Source of the DNA: Azolla caroliniana
Lineage: Eukaryota > Plantae > Polypodiophyta
Assembly: GCA_043228905.1 (NCBI GenBank)
Contig: JBHGNT010000016.1
Span: 13,640,001-13,704,000, forward strand
Reading direction: 5' to 3'
DNA length: 64,000 nt
The translations under genes and the position numbers were made by a program. The notes beneath the pieces were generated by a model. The model did not search any database. It had not been told where the DNA came from and was given only the letters and a program-made list of their open reading frames with translations. Below, piece after piece: positions 12,286 to 25,470 of the stretch (positions within the stretch are counted from its first letter, which is position 1; each line of letters starts with the position of its first letter).

Positions 12286-15200
12286 TATCATGATAACACT
12301 CACATCATGCATCGAAAGGATCATGACACTCACATTATGACTCGAAAGGATTTGAACCCACGACCTTGCTGTACACATGTCAAATCCTTAACCATTGTAT
12401 TAATATTCTTATATGTATAGTCTCTAGAATATGAAATCTAATATCATAGGAATATTCTATATTACTCTACATTCTAGAATGACCTAGAATATTCTAGAGT
12501 GTTCTATACCAATAGAACCTTCTAGAATACTCTAGAGATCTTCTAGATTACTCTACATTCTAGGATAACCTAGAATATTCTAGAGTGTTCTCTATTACTT
12601 ATAAATACGGATCTACCACCCATCCCAAACCTAAATTGGTTCAACGCCATTTTGTAGCCTACTCTTTGTAATCCATTTTACGCTTCAATATAATAATTCT
12701 CTTTCAATTATCTCTCTATCTCTTTTTCTCTCTCTTTCTCTCTCTCAGTCTTGACAGTTTGAACCAATTTTTTTCCTTTCATCTCTTCGTCTTCCACAAA
12801 CCCTAACAAGTTCTCTTCTTCCTTCTCCTCTCCCCTCGTAAGCTATGGAGTCCGTGAGCAAACAAGAATACATGCGTGTTCTTTCTGAGCTCGACATGCT
12901 CACGAATAAATTTGTGGCATTAGAGCATGAGAATTAAAGGCTACTTGGAGATCTACAACACGTGAGCGCCGAAAAAGTTCAACAATATGAAGAGTTATCA
13001 CAACGGGTTCATTAACTCAAGGCGACTATATTGTCATTACGAGAGCAAGCGTCGGGGGCTCAGAACTCCCCTAGAGAGCCAAAGATCAGCCTCCCTGCCA
13101 AGTTTGATGGTACGAGGTCTTTATTTCGAGGCTTTTTGAATCAAGTTCGTCTAGTTATTCAACTACATCCCAATCGGTATCCAACTGATGCTGCTCGTGT
13201 GGGATTAGTGGGAACTTTGCTATGCGGTACGGCTTTAGCATGGTTCGCACTACTTCTCGAGAAGAAACCACCATTGCTGGAGGATTTTGAGGCATTTGTT
13301 AAAGAGTTTCAAGCTAGTTTCAGAGACACCGACAACACTAGGACAGAGATAAACAAGATTCGAAGGCTCCGACAAGGAGATCGTCCCACGTCGGCCTATG
13401 CAGCCGATTTCCGTCTCTTGGCATGTGATATCCCTTGGGATGAGGCGGCCTTAATGGATCAATTCCGTCAAGGTTTGAGAAATGATGTCAAAGATCTTCT
13501 TCTTACTTTCCCTGAAGATCCGAAGTCACTTACAGAAGCCATTAGTCGAGCTATGCGATGTGATAATCACCTATTTGAGCGACGTTCTGAGCGCCAACAA
13601 ATGTTACGCCGCCAACCTGAGCAGACTTACGCTTCCGTAGTCGCAACTCCTCCACAAGTTTCTAGACCCATTACAAGGGATGGCCCAGCTCCGATGGAAA
13701 TAGCGTCAACACAACGTCGTGGGCCGTTATCAGATGCTGAGAAGCAATGACGTCGAGCGCATCGCCTCTGCCTGTATTGTGGCGGTCCAGGACATATAGC
13801 TGTAAATTGTCCACATAAACCTAGGCATCAAGTATACCAAGTAAGTGCCCATGAAAACCCTACATCGAGTTGTATTGTTACTTCTAATAACATAAATAAG
13901 CCTCATAGTCCATGCCATGAGAATAGATTCGATGTCTTGAGTCAATTAGAGGATGTGTTAAACGAGTAAGTCCGGCCAAAATAGGAGCCATTTGGCTGGA
14001 CCATCTTAGCTATGTAGAGTTAGTTCCTAGTCGTGGTTCCATTTCATCAAATCAAGTGAGTCGAGTTTTTTCAGCACAAGTCGAGCTTACCACATCTACA
14101 TGTCATCGAGTCCTAGCCTCTACCCTTCTCGATTCTGGAGCCAACTCTTGTTTCATGGATCGTGAATTTGCCTTGTCACAAAACATCCTCTTGAATAAGC
14201 TTCCCTGCCCAGTAGCTGTAGGAGTCATTGATGGACGTCCCATAGCATTAGGAGATATAGTCGAGGAGTCTGAGCCAATTAGGATAGTTCTTGGCAATTT
14301 GGCAAGCATAATCTCTTTCAACATTATTCGTAGTCCGGAACACCCAATAGTTCTAGGTCTCCCCTGGTTTGAACTCCATAACCCGAAGATTGATTGGATG
14401 AAAAGAACAATTGAGGAGACCCGGGAAAAAGAACAAACCCCGCATCCCTCTCTCCTACATGTGATAATAGATCCCCGAAGTTATCGCCCATCTCTTTACG
14501 ACAGTTGCGGGAAGAAGAGGGGAACGAGTCCATGTTCGTCTTCGCAATAATAGCAACTCCATCATCCACTTCACGTGAAGCGGACATTAAACTACCAGAG
14601 AAATACAAGGAGTTTTCAGATGTCTTTGATAAGGTGAAGGCCAATACATTTCCGGAGCATCGGCCATACGACTGCCCTATTGACTTACAATCAAGGAAAG
14701 AACCTCCATGGGGCCCAATTTATAATCTCTCCCCTGTAGAGCTAGAGACTTTGCGGGAATATATTGATGAGAATTTGGCAAACGGATTCATTCGGCATTC
14801 TAGATCCCCTGTTGGTGCACCTATCTTCTTCGTTAAGAAGAAGAATGGGACTCTTCCGTTGGTCGTGGATTATCGAAGGCTAAACAAAGTGACTATCCGG
14901 AATAGATATGCTCTACCCTTAATCCCGAATCTTTTGGAACATCTTAGTGGTGCAAAATATTTCACAAAGTTGGACCTTCGCGGAGCATATAATCTAGTTC
15001 GGATTCGTCCGGGGGATGAATGGAAAACAACTTTCCGCACTCGCTATGGACATTTTGAGTATACAATGATGCCATTCGGTCTCACGAATGCACCTGTTGT
15101 TTTCCAACATATGGCGAACGATATTTTTCGAGATTTTCTTGATATCTTCACTATAGTTTACCTAGATGATATTTTAATCTACTCAAAAACCCAAGAGGAG

Positions 15201-17209
15201 CATGACGAACATGTTCGTCAGGTACTACGTCGACTTCGAGAATATGGTCTCTACGCAAAATTAGAAAAGTGTAGTTTCGGCTAGAATCAAGTGGAATTTT
15301 TGGGGTATGTTGTATCGTCAAATGGTATTGCTATGGACCCCATGAAGGTACAAGCAATTTTAGAGTGGCAAACGCCCCTTTCAGTGCGTGATGTGCAATG
15401 TTTTCTCAGGTTTGCAAATTTTTATCAAAAATTTATTAACGATTAATCCAAGGTTGTGCTTCCGCTTACTCAGCTCACACATAAAGATCAACCATTTATA
15501 TGGAGTTCAGATGTAGCCGAGGCATTCGAAAGCTTAAAACGAGCATTTACAATGGCACCTATCTTAGCACATGTCGACCCAACAAAACGCTTCATCCTCG
15601 AAGTCGATGCATCCGATTTTGCACTAGGGAGTGTCCTATCGCAAACTGGAGATGATGGACAACTACACCCTGTCACCTTTCATTCACGAAAGTTTGAAGC
15701 TGCAGAGATCAACTAGGAGATCCATGACAAAGAGCATCTTGCAATCGTGGATTCGTTTCAACAATGGCGACATTTCCTAGAAGGTTCTTTTCAATAGATC
15801 ATTGTCTACAATGATCATAAGAACCTGACTTATTTCCAAAATGCTTGAGTCTTGAGTCGGCGACAAGCCCGGTGGGCGCAATTTTTGACTCACTTCGACT
15901 TTATCATCATATATCACCCTAGGATGCAGCAAGGCAAAGCAGATGCTCTTTCTCGGCGCTCTTATATGGAACTTCGTCCAGGGGAACCTCCATTTGAGCA
16001 TCAAAAACAAATCCTTTTGGGTCCTAATCGATTACGATTAATGGTAGTTAACGCCATAACAACTCTTGAAAATTCCACTCTTCTTGATTCCATTCGAGAT
16101 CATATGGCCACTGATGATTTCGCCAAGGATGTTTTGGATCATATCCTCCCGGATCGTGCTTCTTGCTCACGGTCGAAAAATCCTCGTAATGACTATTGTC
16201 AGTGCTATTGGCATGGTGGTTTTCTATTTCGACAAAATTTATTGTATGTTCCTCATGGTCCCCCACGGCTACAAGTTTTGCAACATTGCCATGACTCACC
16301 AATGGCTGGTCATTTTGGAGTTCACAAGACTCTAGAATTAATTTCTTGCCTTCGTCATTTTGTTGAGGAGTATGTTCGGAGCTGTGATATATGTTGTCGA
16401 TCAAAGAATCCTCGTCACCGACCCTATGGCTTACTACAACCACTTCCCATTCCGGAAACTCCTTGGAAATCTATATCCTTGGACTTCATTACTGATCTCC
16501 CAGTTTCAAAAGGTTTTGATGTAATTCTCACAGTGGTTGATCGATTTACCAAAATGGCACATTTCTTGCCATGTACAAAGTCGATTACTAGTCAAGAGGT
16601 GGTTGATCTTGTTATGCGGGAGGTATTTAAGCATCATGGTCTGGCGGATGATATTATTAGTGATCGTGGTCCACAATTCATCCACATTTCAGTTAAGCTT
16701 TCTTCGGGCTATCATCCTGAAACAAATGGCCAAACAGAGCGTACCAACCAGACATTGGAACAATATCTTCGTTGTTTCATCAACTATCAACAAGATGATT
16801 GGGTTGATTTTTTGCACTTGGTGGAATTCGTTTACAACAACTCAGCCCATTCTTCTACAGGATATTCCCCATTTTTCGCAAATATGGGTTGTCATCCTCG
16901 GTGGACGATGAATGCGCATCTAGAAGTTCCTACCAACCCTGCTATCGACGATCGTCTTAGTTGCCTCCAAGAAATTCAAGCTAACATTCTCCACAATTTG
17001 CATGATGCTCAATTTACACACAAGAGGCTTGCCGATCGTCATCGTCTAGACTCCTCAAAAAAGTTCTACATTAGGGATCATATATGGCTTCTCCAACACA
17101 ACATCAAGACCACTCGACCTTGCAGTAAATTGGATTACCAACGTTTTGGCCCTTACATGATCACTGGTAAGATAAGTGATGTTGCATTTCGTCTTGACCT
17201 CCCTCCGCA
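12286..17209 (+). mobile_element. Chromovirus copy C (related subfamily), truncated in the integrase before the chromodomain
   Basis: LTR ~12286-12756 with a TATA box at 12600. Gag ATG 12845 (MESVSKQEY, as in B), then LLDSGA, YLDDILI, RNase H and integrase. Homology to B ends at RLDLPPH (~17209). Confidence 0.9.
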
Positions 17210-20200
17210 CAGTTCTATGATCGTAGTTGCTCGGAGTGAGACTTCTATCTTGACTAGGCCAAATCGTTGCTTCACTCGGCTAGGTGAAAATCGAATAGGT
17301 CATTTGATGCTATTCTCCTACTCGCCGTAGTCAAGGGCAAGGGGCAACCCCAATCTGTGTTTCATTTGACTGAACGATATTCAGGATGACCAGTCGGATC
17401 CATCCCTCTCATGGTTGCAGTTAACCAAAACAGGATCAACCTGGAGTACTACACATAATCCGTGTTCGAAAATCTCGAAAAATCGATATTCTTAATCAAC
17501 ATGACTTGTGTCCAACTTCGACTAGAATGGCATCGAGTGAGCCAAGCTGCTGCACTCCATCACAGTGCATAGCTAACTCCGGACAAAGTCTATTATACCA
17601 ACATAGATGGCTTGAACATCTGGCTCATCATAGAAGAGTTTAAGGAACTTCGACGGATCGAACTTCAACTTCTGGAAGGAGCTGATGCAGGACTATTTAA
17701 TAGTCAAGGGGCAAATTGACCCCATTGAGAATGAAGGCCCTCTAGAAAGATAGAAGTTGCTTGCATGGGAAAAGCTCGACAGAATCGTCTGAGTCACCAT
17801 TCGGATGCACCTATCGGAGTCCGTGTACTTCACGGTGCAATCGTGCTTGACTGCCTTCCAACTATGGAAGACAATTTCAGACACTTACGAAAAGAAGGTC
17901 GCCGCCACCAAGTTATACCTGATTCGGCGCCTTTATAACCTTCGGATGAAAGAGTCTGAGTCGTTCCAGGCACACCTGAATGAGTACGAAAGCTTAAGCT
18001 CCCAAATTTCGGCCTCGGAGACGATTATTGAGGATGAACTAAAAGCAATGTTGCTTATGACTAGCCTTCCTCCTTCATGGGAAACTTTCGTCACAACCAT
18101 GTGTAATGCGTCGACAATTGACGTCAAGTACTCTTCAGTCACGAGTGCAATTCTGACTGAAGCGGCTCAGAGAAAATCATTTGTTAACGATTCAGCCAAC
18201 AACGCTTACGTAGTACAAGGTTCGACCAACCGATCAAACAGCCATGGAAGAGATTCTTCACGGTAGCCGAATAATCAACGAAGTCGGAGCAAGTCACGGG
18301 ATAACCGAGTATGCAACTACTATAAGAAACCTGAACACATCAAAGCCGATTGTCGTGCACTCAAGGCCAAAAATGATAAGGCTCAACGAGCCGAGCAGAA
18401 GAATGGCCAACATGAGGAGATCAACTATATCGGCTCTTTGGCCGAAGTATTGATAAACGACCCGAATATACTATCAATTGAGACCCAATCGAATCAAAAG
18501 TTCTACTTACGATTGAAGAATCGAACACGTGTCTCTTAGATTCAGGTGCGTCTTTTCGTGTCACTCCTTATCGATCCCAATTTCGGCAATAGACGGCCCG
18601 ACATTCTGACTCAGTTGGGGTAGGAAATTCGCACCATTGCGACATAATTGGAATTGGCACGGTATAGCTCAACCTTGCGGGTGGCTTTACATTAGTACTA
18701 CGCAATGTCCGACACGTACTGGAGCTCTCATGACCACTGATCTCAGTCGGACATTTGGATGAAGACGGCATCCGTGCTAACTTCTCATCAAGAGGGTGGA
18801 CGCTCCACAGAGGGAACCTCCTAATTGCTCGAGGACCAAAGATACATTCATTGTATCCTTTGCACGTCACACTCAGAGAGGGTGACCTATTTTGGGTTGA
18901 CATTCCCGTGTCATCACTCTAGCACGAATGACTCGGACACCTCAGTAAGGCCGGCATCACGCACTTATCTAGAGCTGGATACATCCCCAAACTCTCCTTC
19001 TCAGATCATCAGTTCTATGAGCACTGCCAATACGGCAAGCGGATAGCCATAACACACCCTCCATCAGCCCCAAGAGAATCGAGTTTGCTCGATTTGGTCC
19101 ACTCGGATGTATGTGGTCCTATGCCACATCAATCCCTCGACGGCACTCTATATTTCGTCAACTTCATTGACGACTCGACTCGGAAGGTGTGGGCTTATCC
19201 AATCAAAACCAAAGATCATGTTTTCTCGATCTTTTCCGATTGGCCCGCCATGATTTAGAATCAGTCCGGCCGAAAACTGCAATGCTTTCCGTTCGATAAT
19301 GGGGGAGAGTTCAAATCAGAGGAATTTGTCAAATTTTTCCGACAACGCGGCATACGACGTGAATTCACGGCGCCTCATAGTTTGGAGTAGAATGGAATTG
19401 CCGAGCGAATGAATCGAACAATTCAAGAACAGATGGTTTCCATGCTCCAACACTCTAGATTGTCGGATGGCTTCTGGGTAGAGGCCCTACATACGGCAGT
19501 ACACATAATCAATATGTCGCCGAGTAGGCCACTAGGACTTCAGATACCTCAGGAATTATGGACCGGTAGTAAGCCGAATTACGACAAGCTGAGGATTTTC
19601 GGATGTGAGGCATATGCCCTCATTCCGAAAGATGATCTCTGCAAACTTGCACCACGCTCCAAGAAATGTATTTTCCTCAGTTATGGACTAGAGGGCGAAA
19701 TGGGATACCGACTCTAGGACCCCGAACACAGACATATTGTCCAAAGTTCATACGTCATGTTCAATGAGTCGGCTATGCATCAATTGGTTGAAAAACCGAT
19801 CCAAGTCCGAAGAGTAACCTTTTTCGATGTGCCAACCCTTCCCGAAGGCCCAACGCACAACACACGGTCAGCTTCACAGGTAGCTGAACCTTCAAACACC
19901 GACTCGGAGAATTTTGACTAAGCACAACCGAACGATTCGGCTTTGGACCATCCGACCACGCCACCCGATGCAACAAGTACAGTCTTACCTCGAAGATCTG
20001 AGAGACTGTCGCAACCATTGGAGATATACTCTCGTGGCCTCTTCTATACGGACGCTAAAGAACCGATGTCATACGAAGAAGCATCGGCCTCAGCCGATTC
20101 GGCCACCTGGCATCTAGCAATGGAGTCCGAAATGAACTCCATTCACGAAAACAAAACTTGGGACTTAGTTGAATTACCGAAGAATCGATGTGCTCTTTTG

Positions 20201-22146
20201 TGCCAATGGGTCTATCGAATTAAGGAGACGTCCGATTTAGCCAACCCAAAAAATCAAGGCCAAGCTAGTAGCAACGGGTTTTTGACAGGACCATGACATC
20301 GACTTCGACAGAATTGTTTCGCTAGTGGTGAAAATAACCACCCTTTGCTTTATGCTCGGCGTAGTGGTAGCTGAGAATTTAGATGTCAAAACAACTTTCC
20401 TCCACGTTGATCTTGAGGAGGAAATTTATATGGAGAAACCAAAAGGCTTTGTGGCATCCAACCAAGAACATCTAGTTTGTCGACTCATGAAGAGTCTTTA
20501 CGGCCTAAAACAGGTGCCACGACAGTGGTACCAGAAGTTTGACAACTTCATCTAATCGATAGGCTTCTCAAAGAGTGATGAGAACCATTGTCTCTTCACG
20601 AAAACAACTCAAGATGGATCACCCCTCTTCCTCATCATCTACGTAGATGACATGCTAATCTCTGGACGCCATGTTGGCGAACTAGCCGAACTCATTCTAC
20701 AACTGCAGTTGAAGATTTTCATGAAGGATCTCGGTTCGGCATGACACATTCTTGGTATGAAGATAAGTCGGAATAGTAATCAACGACAATAGTTTCTATC
20801 CCAGTCTGACTACATTGGACGTGTCCTTGAACGCTTCAGCATGAAATTGGCGAAATCTGCCTCTACCCCACTCCCCATTCATACTCGGCTCTCTCAGCGA
20901 GACTACCCAACATCCGGTCTGGAGGGGCAAATTATGAAGTCGGTACCGTATGCACCGGCAGTTGGCTCCCTAATGTATGAAATGATCATGACACGGCTTG
21001 ACATCGCTCACGCCGTTGGAGTCGTTAGCAGATTTATGCATAATCCCGACCGATCGCACTGGAACGCACTCAAGCATGTGTTCAGATATCTAGTTGGCAC
21101 AAACGACCTTGGTATTCTATACGGCCCGAACGACATCTTAGGCGTAGTCGGACATAGCGACTCTGACTTTGCGGGCTGCATAGACAACCAAATATTATTT
21201 CAAATTCGGTAATGGAGCCATCTCATGGAAATCAAAACTTCAGGAGTGCACCGCCACATCAATGACCGGGGCCGAATATGTAGCCGCATCCGATGTAGCG
21301 GAAAGAGGCCTTATGGCTCAGTCGGCTGGCTTGCACGTTTCGATAAGCCAAAATCAGCTCGGCTCCAATTGTGTACAGTGACAGTCAGGGTGTTGTTGCT
21401 CTGTCAAAAAATCCGGTTCATCGCAATGCCTCCAACAAAATCGACGTTCGATATCATTTTGTTCGGGACTGCATCATTACAAGGAAAATTGGCCTAGAGA
21501 AAATATCGACAACCGATAATGTTGCGGACGCATTAACCAAGTGTCTTTCAGTAGACCGATTTCAATCCCTTCGGCATCGAATGGGCATAATGAAAAACCA
21601 GTCCAATTAAATCAGACACTGAGGACGTTTCTCGGACAATAGACCTAGATAGTTCAAAATTTGGCTTCACTCTCTCCGAACTCGGCCAATCCGGCCTTCT
21701 GCTCTTTGGAGTTCACCGACTCGAACGAATTCTCGATTGTTCGTAAACCTTGTATCAATCTGTATTGTACATTCATTTCGGTCTATAGATTTCTGATGTA
21801 TACACCCATTATGGGGGATGTGTTGAATACAGGCTTCTAAAGGACGTATTCACACCGTCTCCTTTTGTACACACTAGGCTTAGGCTATTTATGAAAATAG
21901 TTAGAAGGGCAGTTGCCCTAAGTCAGTTAGTATATAAACTGACTTTGTAACCTAGTTAGAAGTTGTTGCTTTAAGTTGTAATATACTCTTTACATTGTGC
22001 CGAACTGTCTCTCTCCCTTTGCATACGAGTTAAAACCTGTTTTCTTGTATATGTTATCATTGATTCTATGATCTTGCATCTACTTACGATCTTCTCATAG
22101 AAGAGTGCTCGATTAAGTTCCGCATTAGTTGGCGGTATGTCCAACA
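17210..22146 (+). mobile_element. Degenerate Ty1/Copia element D lacking 5' LTR and PBS
   Basis: Gag UBN2-like ORF 17805-18266, CNYYKKPEH knuckle, protease LDSGAS, integrase VHSDVCGP, RT (LKQVPRQWY, YVDD) and RNase H to 21610. PPT atggggga precedes LTR 21821-22146 (tgttg...caaca). Confidence 0.88.
21821..22146 (+). repeat. 3' LTR of Copia D
   Basis: Has TG..CA termini, follows the PPT and contains tatataa. Its end abuts interrupted minus-strand Gypsy coding sequence. Confidence 0.75.
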
Positions 22147-23622
22147 CTCCATCCTCAAGGAAATACTTGTACACCTTCTTCCGAATTCGATGGAATTCTT
22201 CCGTCGACCATGATTCATCTTTTTGGAGAGAACACAAGTATTTCTCGATCTCCACAAATTCGCCTTCATAGTCCTCTTCGATGAAAGTAGTGAGCACCTG
22301 AGCGTAGGAACTTGTAAAGAAATCCAAGCCAACATCCTCTTCATTAGAATGTCGATCTCCCTCTCCCTCGTATCTTGCTCGTGATAGGATATCAAGAATG
22401 ACATTACGCTCTCTAGGTTGAGTGATTTGATTATGCAATCCAACACAACATGGCAATATCTAGTGTATTACAACCAGCTATCATACCCAAGATTGTTAGG
22501 TAATCTGTCTCAATTATGACTTCTACTCCAATAAGGTAGTCATGATCAGACTTGATTTCCGAAACGATTCCCCATAGCTCCCTCTTCACTTGGGCATACC
22601 TTCTTTGCCTATCACTTAACACTTTCGCGCCAAACTGAATTGCATTTCGGTTGCAATCTTCGTCTTCTTGGTTGATAACCCATCCGATTCCGGTCGGACT
22701 AGTATCCACAGTCACGAAAATGGGCTTGCCATCTGAATAGTCCGCCTTCCTTAATGTAGGTGCCTCCATCAATAATTTCTTCAGCCTTCGGATGGCGAAA
22801 GTATGCTCACTCATCCATTCAAACCTCCGCTTCTTCTTTAGTAGACCGTACAATGGCTTAGCAATGTCGGTGTAGTGTGGAATCCAAATAAGATCAAACA
22901 CGCATGCCCCAAGGAACCTTCAAACCTCCGTTTGGGTTACACATTCTTTTTTCATGTCTTGGATCGCATTCACCTTGGATGGCGAAGGCTTCCGACCATA
23001 TGCTCCACACAAGTGGCCTACCACCAAGATCTTTGGTTGCCCGAATGTGGATTTTTCTCCCAAAAATGTCAAATTCGCTTCTTCGAGCCTTTGGAGCACC
23101 TTCTCGTAATCTTTCATATGATCCACGATGAACTTTCTACATCCATCCTTATCGTTCGATCTATCCTTCTTCTCATCTGAACATCCTTTTATTGGATATC
23201 ATCCAAGAATTGCATGGTGACGCCCGGGATGCAATCCTTCAAGACCTTGTTCATGGCATTAACCATATGAGCCACCGAGTTCATTGCACCTTGAGGTAAG
23301 GTACACATCCGCACAAGCCCAATCGGAGTCCTCATGGTTGTAATGTCACGACTGTCGACCGCCAATTGGAATTGATCGTATCCAGAGTAGAGATCTCCAA
23401 TGGAGTAGATGAACCAGCCCGCAAACGCCCCGGCAAATTCATCCACACTCGGACCGATTCCAGCATTCTGAATTGTAACCTTGTTGACGGGTTGAAGATC
23501 TTGGATGAATCACAACGATCCATTCTTCTTCGGCAATGTGAACCACCTATTAGAATAAGGACCATTCGACGGTTCCAGAATTCCCATATTCACCTTCTCC
23601 TTTAAGAGCTCGATTAGCTTCC
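22147..23622 (-). mobile_element. Older RT-RNase H fragment of the Trp-primed Gypsy family (same family as J)
   Basis: GDLYSGYDQFQL, MCTLPQG, FLDDI, VDTSPTGIGW and VKRELWG motifs are shared with 52043-54274. Confidence 0.9.
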
Positions 23623-25470
23623 ATAAACAATATGTCTCGACTACTCACTACCTTTTTGTCTTCCATGAACACTATGACTCGACTACTCACTACCTTTTTG
23701 TCGACAAGATCGCATAGCCTATAGTTGATCTCATCCTTAGGAATATGCATGGTTTCGACTTATTGTTGATCTTTGACCTCTGATCCTTTGCTACATGCAT
23801 ATATACTAGGTATCCAAACACTTTCAAATGTTGGTAAGAGAGATTTTTACCTGAACATGCCCTTTGTGGAACATCACCTTTTAGAGGCACTACGGGAGAT
23901 CTGTTGATCAGATAAATAACCGTGTACATCACCTCAACCCAATATGATTTCGGTAGATTTGCATGAGACCACGTGCTTCTCCCTCTCCATTATCATCCAA
24001 TTCATCCTTTCTACAAAACCATTTAGCTCAGGGATCTTAGGTACTATGTATTCGACTTGAATACCTTGGGCCTTGCAATATTCTTTGAACTGTCTTCTAT
24101 ACTCACCACCGTTGTCAGTCTGAACAACCTTAAATTCTTTGAAGACTGACAACACCTGATCTTTCGACTTTAGCATGAAAGCCCACAACTGATGAATGTC
24201 ACAAAGTACTGTCCACCACGAGCGATGCAGCATCCACGTAGCATACGTCCGTGTGGACCAGTTGTAGTGCACATTTTTTCCTCGGTGGTCTTGAGTGGAA
24301 TGTTGCTTTTTTTTGCTTTTTGACTAGGCCGTTGATACACTTCTCCAAGTGCACTCCTTTTACTTTTGGAAGGAGTTTCTAGTTGCCTAAGATCTGCATT
24401 CCCTCTCACTCATATGGCCAAGCCTCTTATGCCATATCTCTCCATTTGAGTCGGTAGCCACATTCACTTCATCAATGCACAGTTTGGCTTGCATCATATA
24501 CAATGTGCCCTGTTTCTAGGTTGTGGCCACTATGAGGTTCCCTTGACATAACTTCCATTTTCAATTTCGAAAGCTACCATTGTAGCCTTTATCGTCCAGT
24601 CTTCTAGTTGATATCAGATTCAGCCTGATATCAGGCATGTGTCGAACATCCTTCAAGGTCAGTTGACACTTCCAATGCTAGCTATCTTGCATTTTCCATT
24701 ATCTCCCATGTTTACATAGCCATAGACACCGGTTGTGTAAGATTAGAAGCACTCATGAAAGAGAGAGATGGAACGACGCACCGGAGTTAATCACCCAAGT
24801 GCACTCTACATTTGCAAGATTTGCAGTTGCATGTTCACAAATGAAGAGAAGTTCTTAAATGAAGAGAAGTTCTTCTTTGCTCGTAGCGATAGCTGAAGTG
24901 GCCTTTTCTTATAAATCTTTCTAGGTTCAACATCATTTGAGACACCTTTGTCCTTCCTAAGGTGTCAACAGTACTTCTGAATGTTAGGATTGTAACCGGC
25001 CACAACTGGTTTCATGTATACAACTTTCTAACTATTTACATACATAGCCCACAAGGGCACATTTAGGCTATTTACAAATATAGTCTCCCAAATCGGTCAT
25101 AAAGTCAATCCTTCGATTTTCGGTTTGCCCTAGTTATATTTATACTTATACAACTTTTTAACTATTTACATACATAGCCCACAAGGGCACATTTAGGCTA
25201 TCTACAAATATAGTCTCCTGAATCGGTCATAAAGTCAATCCTTCGATTTTCGGTGTTCGATTTTGGTTTTAGTTTCAATTTCGGCCTCGGCCTCGGCCGA
25301 AATTCCCACTTGGTCTACCTAATTTGGTTCATTCTCTTCTTCCCATCTAGAGGGACCTGTTATCTAACACTAAAAGTGTCCAAACTATGGACAGTAGAAA
25401 CATGTGAGCTTTCCTCCGACTGCTCGAAAGTTATGTCACATTCATTCACCTCTGATTGGGACAAGATGTT
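23623..25470 (-). mobile_element. Copia (Tnt1/Tork-like) fragment E: end of gag, protease and integrase
   Basis: WVINSGAS protease, TDNGGEY and YLINRSP integrase motifs. The zinc knuckle is split by a solo LTR. Confidence 0.8.
24982..25369 (-). repeat. Rearranged solo LTR (tgttag...ctaaca) with an internal ~130-bp tandem duplication
   Basis: Flanks are ctgaa/ctaaa (degenerate 5-bp TSD). Removal restores CFYCP*FGHFQKYC on the minus strand. The end gggacctgttatctaaca resembles the LTR ends at 34605 and 44884. Confidence 0.75.
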
